Both the position numbers and the translations under genes were made by a program. Shown here piece after piece: positions 11,821 through 21,740 of a stretch of DNA of 64,000 nt. Position 1 is the first letter of the stretch; each line of letters opens with the position of its first letter. Below the pieces are notes generated by a model. The model had not been told where the DNA came from. It did no database searches and worked only from the letters and a program-made list of their open reading frames with translations. Where the stretch lies: contig OZ320314.1 in NCBI GenBank assembly GCA_976226885.1, forward strand, positions 68,820,001 through 68,884,000. Reading direction: 5' to 3'. This stretch comes from Iphione sp. A-MEVVRFRX5 (taxonomy: Eukaryota).

Positions 11821-12840
11821 TCAGGCGTCGTGTTTGGTGACACGTACCACAAGTAAAAGGCCATAGTTAAGCTTTTAGGCTGATTTGCGTTAAAGAATTA
11901 AATTCAATCGACATGGAAGCTTGTATCACCCACTGATATTAGCATAGTTTCCACTGAGAACAGGCGAACACATTCATGAAAGCACAGTGGAATGGGACAT
12001 ATCCCATCTCCAAAACACACCAACATGCTCATGAAAACACGCACACATGGAAATTAAGCCTCAGGTGAAACAGTGTGGTGCACTAGATTTTGATTGCCTG
12101 TATCCTCTTCCCAGTGCATTGAATTGTATAATGTTATCTAGACTGACTTTTATTCATTTTTTTTGTCTAAGTTTCTATTATATTTGTTTTAGTGTGATGG
12201 GATTCTGTCCTCCCTCAGCAATTTATTATCCTTAACCATGGTTATGTAAATAGATACACCAGAAGTCTACTTCTTGTTACTGTTATTTATTGAGGTGTAC
12301 ATTAGGAAAGTAAGTACCGTTTGTATGGGGTTAATATCACAATTATAAAACGTGAACCACGCACTGTTACTGGATACTGTCTGTACTAAAGTTCCACTCC
12401 CTATAGAACCAGGCAAGGTACTAGATGATTTAGCTAAATTGACCTGCGGTACGTTACGTACCATATGTATTGTCGTACATTTTAGCACCCTAATCTGTTC
12501 AGCATGACGTAACCTGAAAGAATCGATTGCCTTCATGAAAGCAAGTGTTGCGCCAGATAATATCATGTACTTAGTTGGGTAGATTATCGATGTTGCAGAG
12601 CCGGTCACCGTGGAAGTATTAGACATCGTCAGAGCGAAAATATTATCAGCTAGTTCCATTTTGCTGGATACCCTCTACCCGCAGCAAAAAATCCTTTATA
12701 CACTACATTGACACTAAATGTTAATGTGTCACCAATAAAGATTGTTCTGAGTTAATGCCTGAGAACCATTAAGAGTGGCCAGATTTGCCCCTAAATGAAT
12801 GGGTTAGAAAGGGGAATATGTACAGGTAAGGAAGTGGCCA

Positions 12841-14718
12841 CTATAACGTAGTGTCCATTTGATCAGGGGGTTTAGAGCTGCTCTGAAGGGCTGTCTCTAT
12901 GGAAACCTCTACAGTGTGATGCGTTGGAGCTTCAGAAGGATGTGTTGTGTGAGAAAGGAGAGGGGTCTCTGGGGTTAATGGGGCTGGTTGCGGAGGCAAG
13001 AGGGCGAGCGGAATGTCTGCAGCCTCAGACTGGTACGATCCATTTGACGAGGCGGTAGCCGTACTCATGGTGGAAAATGTTGAGGCATTTGCCAGGTTGT
13101 CAATGTAGGATAGCAGGGGTGTCTCCGACTGGCCCCTGGTGACAGCGGCAATGGTGTCAGTGACAACAATGATATCATCCGAGGGTCCCAACTGCTGTTC
13201 GGACGTGTTCTCGTTGGATGACATGTCGGTGATATCTAAGGACACGGGTGCAGCATCACGGGGAGGGAGTGCCCCTACACGAAATACAGCGTGGTCGTCA
13301 TCGTCGTCGTCACCATCGTCCATGGAAGCTTGGTGACTGTCCAGGCTCTCCATCAGTGGTGACCGCTGCCTTGGATTGGCCTGGTAGCAGGAGCGGCGCG
13401 GCTTGGGTGTGCCTTCCTTGTTGTTAGGCATCAGGAGGCAGGTACGCTGTATTCCCTGGATGTCAGCTTCACCTCCTGATGTGCAGTCAGGCGGACAGTC
13501 GCTGCACACCTCAAGGCTGGGGCTGGCTGAATACAAGGGCAGCTTAACTTCCTCTTCATTGCTGCTGTCTAGTGGGTACTTTAATAGGTGGTGCTGTCCC
13601 GACTTAGCCTTTGCTCCGACCACATGACACTCGGCGAATAGGTCATCCACCTCCTCCTCATCCTCGTGCTCGTGTCTGTGATCGTTGTGGTTGGACGGCC
13701 TGTGAGAGGAAGACGGGTCATACCAGAAGCTGGTCTCTTCCTGCGAGCTGGACCGGCGATTGGCATGGCGCTCATCCTCATCAATGTAAAACTCCACCTG
13801 CTCGTTGAGGTTGTCCTTGTAGATCGGCTTCAGAAAGCCGTTAGGTATATATTCATTGCAAGATCTCTCATTAGCAGCAGAAGCGGCCACAGCAGTAGCT
13901 GCAGCGGCGGCTGCAGTGGCAGCAGTGGCGGCAGCGGCGGCTGCTGCAACCGTAGTTGATGGAATGGCAGCTGGCCCATGGCCGTTGGGCAATGGAGGAA
14001 CAGCATTCAGCAGCTGGCGGTTGATGTTTTCAGCACTAACACTGGGATAACGAGAAAGTGGCACTCGGACACGCCTTTTGTGAGCCAGTGCTGGGTCCGG
14101 GATGGCCGTCTCAAGTGGCTGCATATGCACCCACTGTGCTGTAGCTGCAAGGATGGTTGGGTCAGGACTGCACACCGGGTCAATGACATAGTTAGTGCCT
14201 CTGCGACCATGCGATTCCTTGCAGTTCTGGCCACCAATAGCGGCGGCTGCAGCCGCTGCCTTGTTGGCCTGGCGCTGTTTGTACTGTTGCAAGTAGAAGT
14301 CATCCTCGTCAGTCCACGACTGATGACATTTGGCCTTGTATATGATGTAGAAGACCAGCATCAGTAGGAGAGATCCGAGGATGGCAGCGGTGCGTGCACC
14401 AGTCATGGGGTCGTACTCGTTGTAGAAGTTGCCGTACTGGGGCGGGTCGTTGGCCGTCAGTCGTGGCTGCACGTGCACTGTCCGTGTGGTGGGAGACACC
14501 GCTCCTTGAAGGGGTGTACTGTCAACCAGCGACCCTTCCAGGGACACCTTATCAGGGGTGCCACCATAGGAGGAGCTGTTAATGAGTCGCAGATGATTAC
14601 CGAGCAAGTCGGTCCCATTATGAGCTTCTCCACCGGCATCTTCACCCGAGGGAGCTGATGTTTCCCCATATTGATGGACTTGTGAAGAGAGCTTGGGCTT
14701 CTCATATAGCACCTTCAT
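12841..14718 (-). CDS. Uncharacterised 625-aa single-pass membrane protein with a long low-complexity cytoplasmic tail (single coding exon)
   Basis: Uninterrupted 1878-nt GC-rich ORF. The ATG at 14718 is preceded by an in-frame TAG 11 codons upstream, so it is the likely start. One hydrophobic stretch (aa ~110-127, TAAILGSLLLMLVFYIIY) is followed by KAKC; the ORF ends DTTL-TAG. No family recognised. Confidence 0.88.
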   Translation of the reverse strand: MKVLYEKPKLSSQVHQYGETSAPSGEDAGGEAHNGTDLLGNHLRLINSSSYGGTPDKVSLEGSLVDSTPLQGAVSPTTRTVHVQPRLTANDPPQYGNFYNEYDPMTGARTAAILGSLLLMLVFYIIYKAKCHQSWTDEDDFYLQQYKQRQANKAAAAAAAIGGQNCKESHGRRGTNYVIDPVCSPDPTILAATAQWVHMQPLETAIPDPALAHKRRVRVPLSRYPSVSAENINRQLLNAVPPLPNGHGPAAIPSTTVAAAAAAATAATAAAAAATAVAASAANERSCNEYIPNGFLKPIYKDNLNEQVEFYIDEDERHANRRSSSQEETSFWYDPSSSHRPSNHNDHRHEHEDEEEVDDLFAECHVVGAKAKSGQHHLLKYPLDSSNEEEVKLPLYSASPSLEVCSDCPPDCTSGGEADIQGIQRTCLLMPNNKEGTPKPRRSCYQANPRQRSPLMESLDSHQASMDDGDDDDDDHAVFRVGALPPRDAAPVSLDITDMSSNENTSEQQLGPSDDIIVVTDTIAAVTRGQSETPLLSYIDNLANASTFSTMSTATASSNGSYQSEAADIPLALLPPQPAPLTPETPLLSHTTHPSEAPTHHTVEVSIETALQSSSKPPDQMDTTL

Positions 14719-14763
14719 CTCCTTGTTTTGGACCCTCTCAGAATTCGCCTACAGCAGCCGTAT

Positions 14764-14790
14764 CTAAAACACGCAAAAAGATCGTATTTC
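14764..14790 (-). promoter_or_regulatory. Splice acceptor of the coding exon of the membrane-protein gene (implies a spliced 5' UTR)
   Basis: The minus strand reads ...ctaatgaaatacgatctttttgcgtgttttag|atacgg: branch-like CTAAT, pyrimidine tract, then AG, 45 nt before the ATG. Confidence 0.7.
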
Positions 14791-14911
14791 ATTAGTCAAA
14801 TGCAACGATCAGACAATAGACACATCAAAACTGTATACACATAAATTTACTTTTGCATACTTTAGAGTATAAACATATGCACGTGCATGTACCTATACAT
14901 ACTACTTACTT

Positions 14912-14960
14912 CACCTACCTACCTACCTAACTACATGTATCAACCTACCTACCTACCTGC
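14912..14960. repeat. Interrupted (CCTA)n microsatellite
   Basis: acctacctacctaccta...acctacctacctacct. Confidence 0.8.
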
Positions 14961-16300
14961 AAACATACATACATATAACATACTAAAACGTTCCCATAGA
15001 AATATAGACAAATGCATGTGCATGTATATAGAGATAGAGAGACAGATAAGGAAACATCCATGGGGAGTTTTTAAAAGGGAAATACGATTTTGCTTGTGCA
15101 ACGGATGTAATCAATATAGATCTAGAAGTATCCCTTGGTATCATATGAACGGTATCACTGTATTGTCTCTAAAACCTAATGCACATCTTTCAGTAAGATA
15201 AAGCATAGCTGATGTAAACAGAAGTAATATCCAATTTGGTCATTCAAGTTGCTACATGTGTACTTAACTGTCTTTGCACTGGCTTTGGCTTCGTTTGTGT
15301 CAGTGAAACCTTATTTCGTTTGTCTCAGTTAAGTAATTAGATACCTCTTCCCAGACAGCGGTGTGTTAGGCGAAGGTTATCTGCGAATGATTGTGGCGCA
15401 CATTTGTTCGCAATCAGACAAGTAATTGTGCAGGATAGTCCAGTATGTCTGACTTGATGTTTAGGTGTACCATCATTTTAAGCACATCTGCTTAATAAAT
15501 ATTTTGGTTTATATGTATCCCCAAGTCGATCACATGTCTGTTTGTATTCTCTGTCATATATATCTCTATGGAACCACACTTACTTTTGTATCATTATTCA
15601 CCCGTTGTGCTTGTCCTCCCTGCCATAGAAAATAGCCTGGCAAGAGCCCTTTCCAAGCTACGTTAATGTATGTATACATATATGTTTATGTACAATTTCT
15701 CTCTCTATATATATACACGTGTACATCAAGTAACATGGCCTTCTTCTTTTATTCACTTAGCCTTTGACCTTGTACCTTTCCATCTAACTATTTATCTCTA
15801 CATGTACCCATCCATTTATCTGCCCATTCATGTGCTCATCCATCCATCTATCAATCACTCTATACATTCATCAATATTTATCAATCAGTACATATTTTCA
15901 TTCATTCATTTATCTATTCAAGTCTCATATACTCAGTTACCTGATGCCACATTTTGTAACATTCATTCTTGTCGCCATTTTCTGTATCGGTTCGGGTCAC
16001 CGCTAGACATTTCTGTTCCTCATGGTTTTCGTTATTCCTACTGTCTCTTGTCTGCAGCATACTTTTTTTTCATTTATCACACGTCCATTGTGACTCAATG
16101 TTTCCCAGTCGACCTATATATGCGTCTTGCATTCCTCCCTTCGCCAATAGTGTAAAGTCTTGCTAGCTACCTTCTACCATCACCGCCTCCTCCTTCCCAC
16201 CTCCTGCCTGCCTTCCGCCCACCTTTCTTCCAGCATTACCCTTCATTAATCGAACGCCTACCCTTGTCACCCAGCGCCAACAGGACAGCAACATTTACAC

Positions 16301-16314
16301 GTTTCCATGGTGAC
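16301..16314. promoter_or_regulatory. RFX X-box-like motif GTTTCCATGGTGAC
   Basis: Matches GTYNCCATGGNRAC, ~1.5 kb upstream of the coding exon of the membrane-protein gene. Motif match only. Confidence 0.35.
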
Positions 16315-19300
16315 AGGATGAGCAGGTGCCCAGCCTGCTAAGCCATGCCAGTGGCGCCCCTTCTGCACCGTGTCAACAACAGAGGGCTCTTGGGTTCCGT
16401 GCAGGGATAGGGGGTGTGGACGTGAATGTGCCCAGTGTGCTGTTTTTAGGCCCAACGGCTTAACCAAACGAGTCCTTAGGGTGATGTTTTGTTGCCGTCT
16501 TAGTGAAACAAGGAAAGAACCCCTCCCGAACTCCTCTCTCTATCCAAGACATCAATGATTCCTACTGCCTTCTTTCTTTATGGCAGTTGCCTATCTATGC
16601 TATTTGTATTTTAGTCCTATCTACACAGCTTTCCTTTCTCCTTTTCCCCTGGGAAGCCCTATCATAATTGACTGCATGTGTCAGCAGTTGTGTTGAATCC
16701 ACAACGGCTTGTACATTTGTCAAGCCGTTTGCAAATACCGCTGTAACGTACAAAAAAAATAGTTATTTCAGATTCAATTCTTCTTTATTTTGATACATAT
16801 GGTTCCTTGAACCAGATATGTAAAGACATTTTTACATTATTCCTTGCATGGGATCAGATATCCAGCAAAAAGAGGTTCTTCTACGCCTTCGATATTTGAA
16901 TGTTGATGAGTTAATATCGAATAGAAAAAGTCACTTTTGTTAATGAGGTGCGTCACCTTAACGAGTAGTGCAAACAAATGTCCTTAAGCTGGTTACAGGC
17001 GCGCTACCTGTCATATTATGCCGTTGTCGTTAGGGGGCAATGATGGCTTCATGGTTGTTAAAGTCCACCATTACCACCGGCTGCCAGGCATATCGTCTTT
17101 CATAATCACAAGTCTATTTTGTCCTGCCCACAGTAAATACCCCAGTCACACATATTTCAATCCAAGCGTACACTTTTACGTACGAAAAAATTGAAATGTA
17201 TCCTGGAGTGTCAAGAGTGGCTGCAAAACCTTTGGTATGCCCAAGTTTGATAAATTGTGCTATTACCTGTGATGTATTGTTACCCGTTTAACCACACGAC
17301 GTCATACAAAAATGTGACTCAGAATTTTAGACATGCTAACCTAAGCCTCTTTTCCTAACCACAAACTCAGAATACAGGGATTAATTTCCAGGCTTCTTCG
17401 TGTGATGTCAGCTATGTGACCAGGAATAATGAAGGAGATTACCTCCTCAATCGAGCATTGTAATCACTTATTTAGAAAGGCCAAGGTTGTGCGGGAGGAG
17501 CGACAGGAGCCAGGCGGACATTCAGCGTGGCCTTGCAGGCCGCTTTAGGGAAATTACATGGCAGGAAAGGTGTTTTGTTCACCCAATGAGTTCTCTTAGT
17601 GAAACTCTGATAATAGTCCTTAGGAGGAAATAGTGGTAGAAAAAGTAGGTAATGCATCACCTGGCTTAGGTTAAAAAGGTTTTTTTGCGGAACCCTTTGA
17701 TGGGGATGAAAGATTATTGTTATTATGGATGTGAAACTAAGACTATTGCATCATTGCATTAGAAATGCATCATTAACAAGGGCTTCGGAAAATATTACCA
17801 GAATTATCTATTAAAGAGGTCGCAAAACAGAAAAAAGGAGTTCGTCCCTTGTGTTCGTAATGATGGCATTTGTCTTCCTCTTTGTTTTAGGATCCACGTC
17901 TGAGTCATTTCCATATTAGATTGATGAGCTTTGTCTTTTAGTCGTCGTCCACAAGCGTATAACCTTCATGCAAGCCCTTCATCAGTTTAGCTCCCCCATG
18001 AAGAGGACAATGTGCTTGGAGTTAGCCAGCGTAGATCCATTAGCTCGAGACCTCAGACCTTGACGATACTCAGCTTATGTCAGTTAACTGCTGTGTGCTT
18101 ATGCAGGGGTCTAGCAAATCTCGGGGCTTGGCGACCTGGCTCGTTTGCGTTCTTGAGATTGTGCGCGTTGGGCTGGAGAACGGGCGCTAAGTGTCCTAAA
18201 GCTGCCTCCTTTTTACAGTAATTATCTCCGTATTATTTATAAGTCATTCCTATACATTCGATTAAAAATACTACATAGGATTGGTCTTCTCCCCACATAT
18301 CTAGAGTGTGACGCACACATGAGATCTTACGCACGTCCTTCACATGTAGGATAAAATTAAGCTGTGGTCGATAGTTAAATTCATACTTTAAGAGATCTTT
18401 GGCATTTCAGAATCAAACCTGAAAACAGCTAGAATACATCGTCGGTTGTCTTGAATTGGCCATTTATGACGTCTAAACAAGGTTGCATATGCCCGCACCT
18501 GCTAAAACAAGTTATTTTTCAGAAATGATAATCATGACTTGACTTAGGAATACGTAACGGCCTTCCCTGTAAGTGAGTTTGTGTTGGTCGAATGTGTGCC
18601 GGTTTGAAAGGCGAATTGTGGATCTCTTCCGCGATTGACTGTCTACCGCAGTTCATTCCAAACTAGACTTACGAAAAGAGATTCAACAAATGAAGAGTCT
18701 CAAATCTTCAGAGAAATGTTCTTTTGTTTATCAAGTTCGTACCAACATGCTTGATATCATATCTCCTTATAAGCATCTGGCCACATAGTGATACTTGTGT
18801 GTTTTGTGCCTTTGCCATATTGTCTTTATTGTTAACTACACGTTTAGAAACTTTGTCCCACCACCCGTTGAGCACCACTATAAATTCTCCACATCTCACT
18901 TTGATTTTTGCACCAGTTGAAAAAGACTCGTAACGTTTGAGTTATTTCAGGTCGAACAGTCGTTTTTAATAGATTGAAGGATTTTTCCGTCTATCCAGGG
19001 AACTGTAGCTAGCTCGCGATGGACTGCGCAAATCTATATTCTCGGGCGATATCGGCAACCTGACGCACTCGTTTTATTGTGAAAGTTTCTGTTGGATATT
19101 TTGTCTCGGCTGCGTATGTGTCTTTATTTCTAGGACCACGAGAACAGACGATGGTCGCGATCAATAAAGCATTTTATACCCCTAGCTCAGCTACGAAGGA
19201 GAAGAATATGATTTAGGCACAGTAATCTATCACGGTAGGTCCGACATATTTATATGACAGTGTTGGAATACAGGAGGCATATGGAAACGTTCAATTCTTA

Positions 19301-21634
19301 ACTTAGTATATAACAGACGCAGTGGATCAACTCATTCTTATCTTTATAATAGAAGACTCCGCGTCTAGCTCTAGCTTAATGAGCCGATACAAGAAGATTT
19401 ATTGCGAGCTGCCTTGCTGCATTTATGTGCCTTCCGACACCTTTGCGCATTTATCAGTTGTGCCAGTAACAATGCATATTGTGGAAGATGATTTATGACA
19501 AAGCTTTTCGGCAGAGATATACGGGCACATGAGCTTTGTGAGTAAGGTGATTTATTATAAGGAGGACAGGGATTTATATGACCAGTATTGGAGCCAACAT
19601 GTTGACATATATTGATATGTAAAACTGAAATGTCACTTTCTTAATAATCACCGTGCATTATCCTGCCAACTGCTTTTCTCTGTCTAGCCAGTATCATTGA
19701 GGGTGAGCTGCTTTCCAGCATTTCAGTTAAAAAGCCTGTACCAAAGTACACAAAGTACTGAAAGGGTGCTCATTTTGGTGTAAAATTAACAATTAGTCCA
19801 ACCGCAGTGTGTAATTAAGTAGAGTTTCTCTATTATTGTAAGGATTTAAATGGATTAACCCGCCATCAAATGTTGAGAAGTCACTTTGCTTTGATGTATT
19901 GTAGCTATTTTATGCTTAGTTTCCAACGTGGCCATACATCCCTGAGTAGGGCAAGATATCAACTTCATATCCCACATATTATACTATCTGCTTAGTATAT
20001 AAGGTATCTTGAAAATGAATTTGCCACGTACTTTATTATCAACAGACTGCATAGAGAAATGTTGGTCTGAAGTTAATGAGTCGTTCGGAATCCGCTTACG
20101 AGTGCCTCAGCATAAATGGCTGCTTATACTACTAGAAGTAGGTATTCGTGCTCGCAGTGTAAGCAAATGTCGCTTTAGATAGATCCAGGGTGGACATTGC
20201 ATATCTAGCTGTTCGAGGGTAAGTAAACAAGGGACCCTATTATAGGGAAGGTAATGCAAGCAGTCCACATCACCAAGCTGTGTATCGATTGCTTCAGGTG
20301 TAAATAATGTCCAGTCAACACCTGTGGCTAGTCAAACCACAGGTGCGATGGGCCCGTTTTAGGGTGTTACCTGTCCTGCACTATGCTTTCATTCTTGTAC
20401 TACAGGTTGTTTGATGGGGCATGTTTATTTACCCTAAGGAATGTAATCATGCCAGTTACCATTATATGTATTATTTATATGTTATTTCTCTGTCTTTGCT
20501 GGGATATTTATTGATAAAACAGTCACAACCCATCTTTCATATCTAACCTTGCTGTGATAATTCATTTTCATGGGAAAGGCCTCTTGAATCCGTCACCCCT
20601 GTCAATCTCGGTGAACAGCAAAGGGAACTAATGCATCATCACAATCAAATAATCTCCTGGCAGGTGACACACATTAGGGTATATATATTTATAAATATAC
20701 CTCTATTCTGCTAGGTTTAGCAACTCTTACTTGCCTCAATGAATATGGGATATCGACATGGTACAGTACACGTATACGTGAATCTAAACTAATTCTACTC
20801 TTTCTCTCCTGTGGCGTTCCATCTCCTCATGTATATCTCGTTAATGTCCGATGCCGGTACACATTAATCTTAAGATTTATTTCCTTTAAAATATGTATGA
20901 ATTTAAGCGTATATGTTCAGGCAAGATCTGGTGTCCAAATGATTAGATTTACATGAAATTTTCTTTGGCTATTGGATCTATTCTGATATTTATTTTATAT
21001 GAAATAGTCACGTTGTAGTGTGTAATGACGCAGCAGATTTGACAAAAAAATGTTTCTCCATACGTGGAACTTTCATGACCGACCATATCTCTAAGAGCCA
21101 TATAAGGAACCACTAGTGTAACCTCATACAGTACTTCGTAGCACTTTAGAGCAGCAAGGTATGCATGTAGTTTTGTCTCACCTCCTGGCAACAGAATGAA
21201 GTATTGAGACAGATTGGTCAGGTTAGGAGATAGGTAGTGCAGGTCAGGGCTGTTAATATAGTCCTCAGAGGGAAGGTAAACTCAGCACGGTCAGGATGGT
21301 TCCGATCAACCCTAAATTACAGCCCAATCCTTACCGCAGCTTCCTACCCAGGTTGGATAGGACCCAGCCAATGGTACAGCACCAAACATAAATAGTGCAG
21401 CACCAACGATCATTGGTGAATCAACAGCGGTGCATGGTGCAGCAGCAACCATTGATGACACATCAGAGATGAAGTATTGACAATTGATAAGCGTCACTCC
21501 TACAGGGCTGCCATCCGTAACAGTACAGGCCAGTCAATCTCCATGTTGCAAATTGCACCCCTCCCACTTTTTTTTACCCATCATTTAAATATTACTCATC
21601 CCAAATGCCAGACTCGTGTCCCTCCTTCGTTACG

Positions 21635-21740
21635 CTCCTCTCACAATCCGCAGATGTTGCCCCAGAGTTTGCTGCCTACTCTCAATTCGCAGAGATCACC
21701 GGCGTCTTGTAATACTCCTCTCAATTCACAGATATCACCC
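21635..21740. repeat. Degenerate repeat, ~40-bp period x3
   Basis: ct(c/a)ctctcaatt-cgcaga-atcacc-like core near 21635, 21676 and 21715. Confidence 0.6.

Noticed and set aside
13139-14705. Many overlapping alternative-frame and antisense ORFs within the 625-aa CDS
   Set aside because: These are the expected shadows of a GC-rich, low-complexity coding sequence.
15670-16155. 161-aa ORF
   Set aside because: It arises from CATC/TCAT/TA low-complexity sequence that lacks stops in one frame. No protein-like features.
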